DNA from: an uncultured Bacillales bacterium
GTDB taxonomy: Bacteria; Bacillota_I; Bacilli_A; RFN20; CAG-826
NCBI GenBank assembly: GCA_946625285.1
Contig: CAMOSZ010000055.1
Coordinates: 1-54,460, forward strand
Length of the DNA stretch: 54,460 nt
Reading direction: 5' to 3'
Shown here: positions 39,739-47,759 of the stretch, one piece after another
Layout: the number at the start of each line of letters is the position of its first letter
Position numbering within the stretch: the stretch's first letter is position 1
Notes under the pieces: generated by a model
Told to the model about the DNA's origin: nothing
Seen by the model: the letters and a program-made list of their open reading frames with translations, nothing else
The model's database searches: none
Translations under genes and position numbers: made by a program

Positions 39739-39770
39739 AAAAATCAGGACCGAAGTCCTGATATTTTTTT
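39736..39770. terminator. Bidirectional intrinsic terminator
   Basis: A-run, then ATCAGGAC CGAA GTCCTGAT (39743-39762), then T7. It lies between thiI and the rplT 3' end. Confidence 0.85.
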
Positions 39771-39784
39771 ACTTAAGTAATAAA

Positions 39785-40138
39785 TTACTTAATGTTTGCT
39801 TTAGCTGTTTTGACTAAATCTGCAAATGCACTTGGGTCATTGATTGCGAGTTCAGATAACATTTTTCTGTTAACTTGAATGTTGGCAACCTTTAAACCAT
39901 ACATGAATTTGCTATAAGAGATGTCATTCATTCTGCAAGCAGCGTTGATACGTCTGATCCAGAGTTTACGATAGTCTCTTTTAACAGTTCTACGAGAGAT
40001 GTACGCATAGCGTAAGCTGTGCATGACTTGTTCTTTCGCAGTCTTGTAGAGTAAGTGTTTGCTTCCGAAATAACCACTTGCTCTCTTGAGCATTTTTTTA
40101 CGTCTTGCGTGTGTAACTGTACCGCCTTTAACTCTCAT
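39785..40138 (-). CDS. rplT: 50S ribosomal protein L20
   Basis: [18 protein letters not shown]... Confidence 0.97.
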   Translation of the reverse strand: MRVKGGTVTHARRKKMLKRASGYFGSKHLLYKTAKEQVMHSLRYAYISRRTVKRDYRKLWIRRINAACRMNDISYSKFMYGLKVANIQVNRKMLSELAINDPSAFADLVKTAKANIK

Positions 40139-40152
40139 TGGTCATTTCCTCC

Positions 40153-40347
40153 TTACTTTACGATGAGATACTTAACTCTCTTGAGGTCTGTCTTATGAAC
40201 AGATGCACCTTTCATTAAGTGTCTCTTTTGTTTTGTTGTTTTGTGTGGGGCTAAATGGGATGTGTAAGCGTGATGTCTTGTGACTTTTCCGCTGCCTGTG
40301 ACTTTAATTCTTTTCATTAAAGCACGTTTGCTTTTCATTTTTGGCAT
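40153..40347 (-). CDS. rpmI: 50S ribosomal protein L35
   Basis: [22 protein letters not shown]... Confidence 0.95.
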   Translation of the reverse strand: MPKMKSKRALMKRIKVTGSGKVTRHHAYTSHLAPHKTTKQKRHLMKGASVHKTDLKRVKYLIVK

Positions 40348-40359
40348 GTGATTTTCCTC

Positions 40360-40917
40360 CTACTTTCTTTTTGGCGCTATTATAGCGAGTAACCAGCGAC
40401 CTTCCATTTGCGCAGGTTTTTCAATTTGCGCAATGTCGCCTAATAATTCGATGAATTTATTCAAGGCTTCTTCTCCAACCTCTAAGTGAGTCATTTGACG
40501 TCCTCTATATCTCACACCAACTTTGATCTTGTTTCCTTGTTCAAGGAACTTGATAGCTGCGCGAGCTTTGGTTTCCATGTCGTGAGCACCGATTTGTGGA
40601 GTTAATTGAATTTCTTTCACTTCAATCTTCACTTGATTCTTACGATTTTCTTTCGCTTTCTTTTGCTGCTCATAACGGTATTTGCCGTAATTGAGAATTT
40701 TGCACACTGGTGGAGTGGAGTTAGGTGCAACACAGAATAAATCGAGATTGTATTCGTTTGCTTTGAGTTGTGCTTCTCTGGAAGACATAACTCCTAATTG
40801 TTCTCCATCTGGTCCAATTAAGCGTACTTGTGGGAATCTGATGAGTTCGTTAATTAATTCTTTTGGTTGATTTGGCTTTCTATTGTTGCCGTAGTTGTTG
40901 TCTTGGATAAATATCAT
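40360..40917 (-). CDS. infC: Translation initiation factor IF-3 (exact start codon uncertain)
   Basis: INELIRFPQVRLIGPDGEQLGV and the rest of the protein are typical IF-3. The annotated ATG abuts GGAG with zero spacing. Confidence 0.92.
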   Translation of the reverse strand: MIFIQDNNYGNNRKPNQPKELINELIRFPQVRLIGPDGEQLGVMSSREAQLKANEYNLDLFCVAPNSTPPVCKILNYGKYRYEQQKKAKENRKNQVKIEVKEIQLTPQIGAHDMETKARAAIKFLEQGNKIKVGVRYRGRQMTHLEVGEEALNKFIELLGDIAQIEKPAQMEGRWLLAIIAPKRK

Positions 40918-41055
40918 CTCCTTTTGTCAAAAAAACGGATGCAAGCGAATTGCACCCGTACTAATCTTAACCCCTAGATTTGTAGTGATGAGCCAACCAA
41001 TATTATATCGATCTGGCGAGAAGCGGGTGCCTCTACTTTCTACCTATTTATTTGC
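40918..41055 (-). promoter_or_regulatory. L20-leader-type attenuation leader of the infC-rpmI-rplT operon
   Basis: A G+C-enriched leader of about 140 nt, with its own promoter and a terminator hairpin just 5' of infC. This is the architecture described for Bacillus L20 autoregulation. Confidence 0.6.
40929..40959 (-). terminator. Leader attenuator terminator upstream of infC
   Basis: Minus-strand RNA reads ACGGGUGCAA UUCGC UUGCAUCCGU followed by U6-7. This is a 10-bp stem with one G-U pair, ending about 12 nt before the infC start. Confidence 0.7.
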
Positions 41056-41061
41056 GTATTA

Positions 41062-41090
41062 ACTATACATTACTCATTTATGAGTGTAAA
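41062..41090 (-). promoter_or_regulatory. Promoter candidate for the infC operon
   Basis: Minus strand: TTTACA (41085-41090), 17-nt spacer, TATAGT (41062-41067). Confidence 0.5.
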
Positions 41091-41098
41091 GCATTATT

Positions 41099-42358
41099 TT
41101 AAATATTTTTATCCTCTTCTTTTCGCATATCATTCTTCAAATAGTTGTAGATATGTTCGACCGCGAAATGGACCTTGGTAATGCCGTGTGGGCAAGATAG
41201 TGGATAAACGAAATATGTTTCTGTTTGAGTTGATAACTCAATGAACGCGCCTCTACCTTTATAGTTGTATTCAATGTGAATAGCATAGCTTTGTAAAGAT
41301 GAGCGGTGGAAGTCAAAATTGTCACCAACGCAAGATATTCCATCATTGATGGAATGAGTGAGATGGAATTTACCTTCAAGAGGTACAAAACCAACTCCTA
41401 CACCTTCTAAACGTTCTACCCTAACATCATCTTCAAAATGATATGTTCCATTAAGGACTTCTTGCTTAACACATTCTTTTTCCCAGTAATACCATTTACT
41501 TGGCCAATCGAATTTTGTTTCAGCGTTAACACATTTTAATTGACCGTTTTCTAAATATTCATATGTCACACCACAGTGATTACATTTAAGGAAATTGCTC
41601 TCAGAAGACATTTCAAATTCCGTTCCACAATGTGGACATTTATAGAGTAAGCGATGTAATCCAACTGCTCTATTTGGATATTTGATAAGAATATTTTTCT
41701 TTCTCATCCATTCTTCTTCAGAAATCTTGAAGTTATCTTCAATCTTCTTTTGAATTTCATCAGCAGTCATTGTTTCGATATCGAATTTATCAATAATTGT
41801 TTCCATCTCTGCAACGATAGGGCGGACTTTTCTTACTTTTCTATCAGACCATTGAGGTTGATATAAGTAATCTCCATGACACGCCATATAGACGACTGGC
41901 ACTTTGGCGGTTTTAGCGAATTTACCTAAACCGTTATCAATACGTTCTTGTTCTCCGACAAATGAATATCTAGCTTCAGGATAGATAATCATGATTTTCT
42001 TTCTTTTTTGAACTACTTCAAGCATTAACATTGCACTTTTAGGGTCGTTTGTGAATTTTCTTTTTGAGATAACTCCTAAACGTCTAAATAAGAAATATTT
42101 ATCAATGAATTCTTCAACAGTGGAAACCCAATATGGACGATGTGGGAATGTTCCTAATGTTGCCATATAAAAATCCATCATCGAAGCGTGAGAAGAAATT
42201 AATAAATATGGTGGTTTTGGGATTTGATTTAACTTTACGATTTTTGCTCTATTGATGAGTTTTATAAAGAATGAACCAACCCAAATGACGAGTGAGAATA
42301 TGAACCAAATTCTTTTATTTGGTTTATGTGTATCTATTTGTTTAATCTTTTTACTCAT
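41099..42358 (-). CDS. Lysophospholipid (PlsC-family) acyltransferase fused to a zinc-ribbon-containing C-terminal domain
   Basis: N-terminal TM helix, HxxxxD motif (SSHASMMDF), a PEAR motif, then CPHCG...CNHCG and an uncharacterised domain of about 170 aa. Confidence 0.7.
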   Translation of the reverse strand: MSKKIKQIDTHKPNKRIWFIFSLVIWVGSFFIKLINRAKIVKLNQIPKPPYLLISSHASMMDFYMATLGTFPHRPYWVSTVEEFIDKYFLFRRLGVISKRKFTNDPKSAMLMLEVVQKRKKIMIIYPEARYSFVGEQERIDNGLGKFAKTAKVPVVYMACHGDYLYQPQWSDRKVRKVRPIVAEMETIIDKFDIETMTADEIQKKIEDNFKISEEEWMRKKNILIKYPNRAVGLHRLLYKCPHCGTEFEMSSESNFLKCNHCGVTYEYLENGQLKCVNAETKFDWPSKWYYWEKECVKQEVLNGTYHFEDDVRVERLEGVGVGFVPLEGKFHLTHSINDGISCVGDNFDFHRSSLQSYAIHIEYNYKGRGAFIELSTQTETYFVYPLSCPHGITKVHFAVEHIYNYLKNDMRKEEDKNI

Positions 42359-42425
42359 TGTTTTCTTTCCATTCTAAAAAACAAAACAATTATATATAAA
42401 AAGAGAATTTTGAAAAGATAAAACA

Positions 42426-42454
42426 TAAAAAAAGATTGGCGAGAATGCCAATCT
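42426..42454 (-). terminator. Intrinsic terminator after thrS
   Basis: AGATTGGC / GCCAATCT 8-bp stem (42433-42454), followed by T7 on the minus strand. Confidence 0.8.
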
Positions 42455-42469
42455 TCTTAAAAATTTGAA

Positions 42470-44236
42470 TTATTGAAGTCGAGCTTTGCTCTTAATTTCT
42501 TCATCAATGAGTTTTAAGAACTCGTCAATAGAAACTGTGATTTGTTCCTTTTGTCCGTACTTACGATAAGTAACAGTTCTATTGTCTCTTTCGTTATCAC
42601 CGATAACGATGGTGTAAGGAATCTTACGGACTTGAGTATTTCTTAAACGATATCCAAGTTTTTCGTTAGCGTCGTCTTTTTCGACTCTTAATCCATGTTC
42701 AGACATTAACCTATATAATTCATCAGTGTATTCGAGATGGAATTCATTATTAACTGGTAATAATTCGACTTGAACTGGTGCTAACCAGGTTGGGAATGCG
42801 CCTGCGTAATTTTCAATAATCATACCAGTGAATCTTTCAATACTTCCTAAGCATGCTCTATGAATCATAATTGGAGTTTTCTTTTCTCCATCTTTATCGA
42901 TGTAGAAGCAATCAAATCTTCCAGGAAGATTCATGTCTAATTGGACAGTGCCGCATTGCCAGGTTCTACCCATTGAATCTTTTAACTTAAAGTCAAGTTT
43001 TGGTCCATAGAAAGCTCCGTCTCCTGGATTGATCTTAAATTCTTTTCCTGATCTTTGGCAAACATCTGCTAAAATAGCCTCTGATTTGTTCCAAATATTG
43101 ATGTCACCAATATAACCTTCTTCAGGTCTAGTTGATAACTCAATTCTATAGTCTAATCCGAAGACTGTGTAAATCTCATCATAGAGTTTTAAGATGGAAA
43201 CGATTTCGTCTTCAATTTGGTCTTCTCTAACATAGGTATGTGCATCATCTTGAGTGAAGCTTCTAACACGGAATAATCCGTTAAGAGCGCCACTAGCTTC
43301 ATGACGGTGGACTAAACCAAGTTCTGCATAACGAAGTGGCAAATCTTTGTATGAATGTAATTCATTCTTATAAACGATAATGCTACCTGGGCAGTTCATT
43401 GGTTTGATAGCAAAGTCACGATCATCAATCTTGGTGGTGTACATGTTACTTTGATAGTGATCCCAGTGACCTGAAGTCTCCCATAATTCTCTAGAAAGAA
43501 TGATTGGGGTGTTGATGAATTTATATCCATATCTCTTATGGACATCCATCCAGTATCTCTTTAATTCATCAAGTAAGATCATTCCGTTTGGTAGCCAGAA
43601 TGGGAATCCTGGGCCATATTCAGAAAGAAGGAATAAACCTAATTGTCTTCCTAAGATACGGTGATCTCTCTTTTTGCGTTCTTCTAACGCTGCTAAGTGA
43701 TTATTTAAATCTTCAGCGGTGAACCAGCTTGTACCATAGATTCTAACAAGCATTTTGTTTTTGGAGTTTCCTCTCCAATAAGCACCAGCTAAGTTTAATA
43801 ACTTGAAGTGTTTGATTTGACCAGTGGCTAATAAGTGTGGTCCACGGCATAAATCTGTGAACTTACCTTGAGTGTAAATAGTGATGTCTTCATCAATATC
43901 ATTGATAAGTTCAATCTTATAAGGATTGTTTGCAAATCTTTTGAGTGCTTCTTCCTTAGGAAGAACTTCTCTAACGATTCTTTCATCTTTTGCTGAAAGT
44001 TCGTGCATTTTCTTTTCGATTTTGGCTAAATCAGCTTCAGTGATTTGCTCTTTAAAATCGATGTCATAATAGAAGCCTTCTTCAATTGCTGGACCAAATC
44101 CGAATAAGGCATCTGGATAGAGCTCTTGGATAGCTTCTGCTAATAAGTGGCTCGTTGAGTGATTGAGAACTTCAAACGCTTCTTTGGAGTTCTTATCAAT
44201 TTCGACAATTGAGCCGTCGTGTAGTTGAATTTTCAT
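42470..44236 (-). CDS. thrS: Threonyl-tRNA synthetase (shortened N-terminal TGS region)
   Basis: Editing-domain HSTSHLL motif, class II core and anticodon-binding domain, 588 aa. Confidence 0.97.
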   Translation of the reverse strand: MKIQLHDGSIVEIDKNSKEAFEVLNHSTSHLLAEAIQELYPDALFGFGPAIEEGFYYDIDFKEQITEADLAKIEKKMHELSAKDERIVREVLPKEEALKRFANNPYKIELINDIDEDITIYTQGKFTDLCRGPHLLATGQIKHFKLLNLAGAYWRGNSKNKMLVRIYGTSWFTAEDLNNHLAALEERKKRDHRILGRQLGLFLLSEYGPGFPFWLPNGMILLDELKRYWMDVHKRYGYKFINTPIILSRELWETSGHWDHYQSNMYTTKIDDRDFAIKPMNCPGSIIVYKNELHSYKDLPLRYAELGLVHRHEASGALNGLFRVRSFTQDDAHTYVREDQIEDEIVSILKLYDEIYTVFGLDYRIELSTRPEEGYIGDINIWNKSEAILADVCQRSGKEFKINPGDGAFYGPKLDFKLKDSMGRTWQCGTVQLDMNLPGRFDCFYIDKDGEKKTPIMIHRACLGSIERFTGMIIENYAGAFPTWLAPVQVELLPVNNEFHLEYTDELYRLMSEHGLRVEKDDANEKLGYRLRNTQVRKIPYTIVIGDNERDNRTVTYRKYGQKEQITVSIDEFLKLIDEEIKSKARLQ

Positions 44237-44297
44237 AAAAACCTCCTAATTAAATTCCTCCACAATACAATAGTGGGCTACAGTTTATTAATTGTTG

Positions 44298-45263
44298 TTA
44301 TTGCAACATATTAATCAATGATAATAAGTTTTCGTGTGTATCACGTTTCATCGAAAGGGCTTCTTCAATATCGATAGCAACGACATCTTCATCGACAATA
44401 CCGATGACTTTACCTTTTCCGTAGTCTTCATTAACTAAGACTTCGATAGCTTTAGCACCCATTCTACTTGCTAAGATTCTATCAAACGCACTTGGTGCGC
44501 CACCTCTTTGAAGGTGACCGAGGATTTCAACATTTGTATCAAATCCAGTTTTGGCTTGAATCTTTTTAGCGAGTTCTCTAACATCAAGAAGATTTTCACT
44601 AACGATAACAATAGCGTGGCTCTTCTTTTGCGCTTTAAGTTTTCTTAATTTCTTGAAGATGTGCTCTTCATCGTATGGGTGATCGTATGTGATTGTTAAT
44701 TCAGCAGCTTCTGCAATAGAGGAGAATACTGCTAAGTCACCGCAGTGACGTCCCATAACTTCGATAACGCTACAGCGTTGGTGTGATGTGGATGTGTCTT
44801 TGATTTTATCAACACAGTCACAAATTGTATTTAAAGCAGTCATAAACCCGATAGTGTAGTCAGTAGAGGCAACATCGTTATCAATACTTCCTGGAATACC
44901 AACCACTGGAAATCCAAGTTTAGCTAAATCTAAAAGTCCGCGATATGTACCATCTCCTCCGATACCTACTAAAGCATCGATATCTAAATCTCTTAATCTT
45001 TCGATAGCTTTTTCTTGGACATCAAGATTCTTGAATTCTGGTAAACGTGAACTTCTTAAGATTGTTCCGCCTCTATTGATGATGTCTTGGGTGAATTCTT
45101 TTGTAACTTGGTGAATATCACCTTCAACTAATCCTTTATATCCATCAAAGATAACGTACATTTCTTTTCCTTGATATAATCCAGCTCTGATAACTGCTCT
45201 TACAGCAGCGTTCATTCCTGGGGCGTCTCCGCCACTTGTTAAGACTGCAATTCTTCTAATCAT
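44298..45263 (-). CDS. pfkA: ATP-dependent 6-phosphofructokinase
   Basis: Motifs IAVLTSGGDAPGMNAA, GGDGT, PGSIDND and MGRHCGDLA. I place the start at ATG 45261-45263 (SD GAGGAA), not 45287. Confidence 0.95.
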   Translation of the reverse strand: MIRRIAVLTSGGDAPGMNAAVRAVIRAGLYQGKEMYVIFDGYKGLVEGDIHQVTKEFTQDIINRGGTILRSSRLPEFKNLDVQEKAIERLRDLDIDALVGIGGDGTYRGLLDLAKLGFPVVGIPGSIDNDVASTDYTIGFMTALNTICDCVDKIKDTSTSHQRCSVIEVMGRHCGDLAVFSSIAEAAELTITYDHPYDEEHIFKKLRKLKAQKKSHAIVIVSENLLDVRELAKKIQAKTGFDTNVEILGHLQRGGAPSAFDRILASRMGAKAIEVLVNEDYGKGKVIGIVDEDVVAIDIEEALSMKRDTHENLLSLINMLQ

Positions 45264-45386
45264 AATCAATTTCCTCTGTATAATCATATCACTGACTTTT
45301 TACAATATAAAATATTTTATTAATATTTTTTAAAGGATAGAAAATAGCGGTTTCAATTAGACAAATAACAGCCTTATAAAATTGAC

Positions 45387-45395
45387 TTTTCCACA
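45387..45395 (+). promoter_or_regulatory. DnaA-box-like 9-mer (TTTTCCACA, 1 mismatch to TTATCCACA)
   Basis: Read directly from the sequence. It lies head-to-head with the perfect box 8 bp downstream. Confidence 0.45.
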
Positions 45396-45403
45396 AAATA
45401 AAA

Positions 45404-45412
45404 TGTGGATAA
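45404..45412 (-). promoter_or_regulatory. Perfect DnaA box (TGTGGATAA = reverse complement of TTATCCACA)
   Basis: Exact match to the consensus, read directly from the sequence. Confidence 0.6.
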
Positions 45413-45440
45413 CTTTAATAGAGTGAATTTAAGATATAAA

Positions 45441-45461
45441 GATTTATACTTAGTATAAATC
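45441..45461. repeat. Perfect 21-bp palindrome GATTTATACT T AGTATAAATC
   Basis: 10-bp arms and a 1-bp centre, read directly. It lies between the DnaA boxes. Confidence 0.7.
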
Positions 45462-45476
45462 ATTGAATTACTTGCG

Positions 45477-45485
45477 TGTGGATAA
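45477..45485 (-). promoter_or_regulatory. Perfect DnaA box (TGTGGATAA)
   Basis: Exact match to the consensus, read directly from the sequence. Confidence 0.6.
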
Positions 45486-45518
45486 TTTTGTCAAGCAAAA
45501 ATATCACTTTTTTTCTTG

Positions 45519-45547
45519 TTGAAACCCTTGTTTTTTTGGCACATAAT
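45519..45547 (+). promoter_or_regulatory. Promoter candidate for dnaB-dnaI
   Basis: TTGAAA (45519-45524), 17-nt spacer, CATAAT (45542-45547). Confidence 0.5.
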
Positions 45548-45573
45548 TTTTGCAACTGGGGAGGGGAAAGTTG

Positions 45574-46860
45574 ATGGTTATTTTATCTCAAAATGACATG
45601 TTTGATATCAAAGTTTCCTCTCTGCTTGCGGATTATGATCGTGACACGATTACTAATCTTTATCAACCAATTATTGGCTATACCGCATTAGCGGTTTATT
45701 TCACTTTTTGGAGTGAATCAGAGAACCAAAAAATTATTTCTTTAAGTAGTCATGAAGAAATTCTTTTAAGGATGAAAATCTCCACTGGTGAATTTATTGA
45801 AGCTCGTAAGCAACTTGAAGCAGTGGGTTTAGTTAAAACCAAACTAGAAAAAGCAAATAACATTTCTATTTATCACTATGTGCTATACGCTCCTAAAACT
45901 CCAAGTAAGTTCTTTAACGATGCTTTATTATATGGATTATTAATTCAAAACTTAGGCGAATCTCTCGCTAATAAAATTAAAAGAGTGTACGAAACAAACA
46001 CTAAACAAAGTGAAGGAGAAGATATCTCTGCAACCTTTAATGATGTTTTCCACCCAGATTTTAACGATGCAGCATTTATAAAAGCGGCAATGGGAGATGA
46101 AAGCACATTAGGAAGAAAGAAGAGCAAGATTGACACCGAATTCTCTTATGAGAGATTCTTTGAAGTATTAAAAGAAATTAGTCAAATCTCTGAAAAAGGT
46201 CTTACTAAAAAAGAAATTAAAGAAATTGAAAGACTATCCACTTTATATGGTGTCGGTGTTGAACTAGCTGCTGAAAAGGTTGCTAATACATATGACCCAA
46301 GCAAGGAAAAAGGTAGTAGAGTGGACTTCAAACAATTTAATGAAGATCTTAAAAACGAAGTTAATTATGGAGTAAGAACTCACGCAACAAGAAAGACTAA
46401 AAAGAACACCATTGTTGGTGAAGATGGACTTGCTGCTAAAATCAAATATTTTGAAATTGCTAATCCTAAAGATGTTTTATCAGTTTTACAAAACGGTACA
46501 AAACCTGCAAAAGCAGATTTAAATATCATCTACTCTTTAGCGGAAGATTATAAACTTAACAACGCCGTTATCAATGTTATTATCGACTTTGTATTACAAA
46601 TGAATAATAACGTTCTTTCAAAATATTCTGTTGAAAAGATTGCCTCTTCTATTTCTAGAGAAGGCATTGAAACTGCTATTGATGCGATGGAATATTTAAA
46701 TACTTCCTATGCTGGAGCTAATAGAAAAGCTGATAAAGGTGAAAAGAAATACACCAAAAATAGTAAAAAAGAGATTATTGAAGAGCAAAAGGAACAAGAA
46801 AGTGATAATCTTAGTGATGAAGAAATCGATGCCTTGTTTGATTACTTTAAGGAAAACTAA
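45574..46860 (+). CDS. dnaB: Replication initiation/helicase-loading protein DnaB (Firmicutes DnaB/DnaD family, not the helicase)
   Basis: DnaD-like repeats, immediately upstream of dnaI. I place the start at ATG 45574 (GGAGGGG upstream); the ORF-track TTG at 45550 is unlikely. Confidence 0.8.
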   Translation: MVILSQNDMFDIKVSSLLADYDRDTITNLYQPIIGYTALAVYFTFWSESENQKIISLSSHEEILLRMKISTGEFIEARKQLEAVGLVKTKLEKANNISIYHYVLYAPKTPSKFFNDALLYGLLIQNLGESLANKIKRVYETNTKQSEGEDISATFNDVFHPDFNDAAFIKAAMGDESTLGRKKSKIDTEFSYERFFEVLKEISQISEKGLTKKEIKEIERLSTLYGVGVELAAEKVANTYDPSKEKGSRVDFKQFNEDLKNEVNYGVRTHATRKTKKNTIVGEDGLAAKIKYFEIANPKDVLSVLQNGTKPAKADLNIIYSLAEDYKLNNAVINVIIDFVLQMNNNVLSKYSVEKIASSISREGIETAIDAMEYLNTSYAGANRKADKGEKKYTKNSKKEIIEEQKEQESDNLSDEEIDALFDYFKEN

Positions 46861-47759
46861 TGGAAAGATATAAACCAAAAATCGATGAAATGATTGACGC
46901 ATCTACCGTTAAACAAATGGAAGATGTGGTTTTTTCAAATTTGAAAGCGCTTAAATATCTCCATTCCTTGGGATTGAATGATGATGCTATCAAAAATAAT
47001 ATTGCTAAAATCTATGATTTTGCAGTTGATATGGAAAACTGTAAAGGATGCAAAGGATTAGCGTATTGCAATAAAGAACCAAAACATTTAGTGAATTCTG
47101 TTTCGTATAAAGGTGGAGTAGTTGATCGTAATCTTGTCCCGTGTAAGAAATATCTCGAATTTGCTAACTTCAAAAAAAGGTTAGCAATCTATGACTTTGA
47201 AGAAGATTGGCTAAACAACACTTTTTCAACTGTTTCTAACGCAAGAAGTAAATCTAAAACCGCAATTCTCAATGAATATGTTAAGGTTTGCAAAAAAGAA
47301 TCTAATAGATGGATCTTTATTAAAGGAAATGTCGCTAGTGGAAAATCTTATTTTGCGGCAACATTGATTGTTGAAAGTGCACGTAAAGGTGATTTCCAAT
47401 CCCTTGGTTTTATGAATGTTCCTTCTCGTTTCAAGGAATTATCCGATTTAGCGTTCACCAAGAATCCTCGATTCGATGATGAAATGGACAAATATAAAAC
47501 AATAGAATTACTTGTTCTTGATGATTTCGGAAATGAATTTAAAAGTGACTTTGTTAGAGACAACATTCTCTTCCCAATTATATCCGCTAGATTGAAGAAT
47601 AAACTTCCAACTATAATTACAAGTAATTATTCAATTGATGATTGCGCTTCAATGTATCAAACAACAAACGCCTCAAAACCAAAAATTGAGCAAATTCGTC
47701 AAATGCTCAATTTAATGTGTGAGAAAGAATTTATCTTAATAGATCCTTCACTTCGTTAA
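46860..47759 (+). CDS. dnaI: Primosomal helicase loader DnaI
   Basis: N-terminal Cys-rich zinc module (CKGCKGLAYC...C), AAA+ Walker A GNVASGKS, and Walker B LLVLDDFG. Confidence 0.85.
   Translation: MERYKPKIDEMIDASTVKQMEDVVFSNLKALKYLHSLGLNDDAIKNNIAKIYDFAVDMENCKGCKGLAYCNKEPKHLVNSVSYKGGVVDRNLVPCKKYLEFANFKKRLAIYDFEEDWLNNTFSTVSNARSKSKTAILNEYVKVCKKESNRWIFIKGNVASGKSYFAATLIVESARKGDFQSLGFMNVPSRFKELSDLAFTKNPRFDDEMDKYKTIELLVLDDFGNEFKSDFVRDNILFPIISARLKNKLPTIITSNYSIDDCASMYQTTNASKPKIEQIRQMLNLMCEKEFILIDPSLR

Noticed and set aside
45264-45573. The pfkA/dnaB intergenic region as the chromosomal origin (oriC): genes diverge from it and it carries DnaA boxes.
   Set aside because: No dnaA or dnaN nearby, only 2-3 boxes, no obvious tandem AT-rich 13-mer or DnaA-trio unwinding element, and gene orientation flips again 2 kb to the right. 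I kept it as a regulatory or titration-site hypothesis instead.
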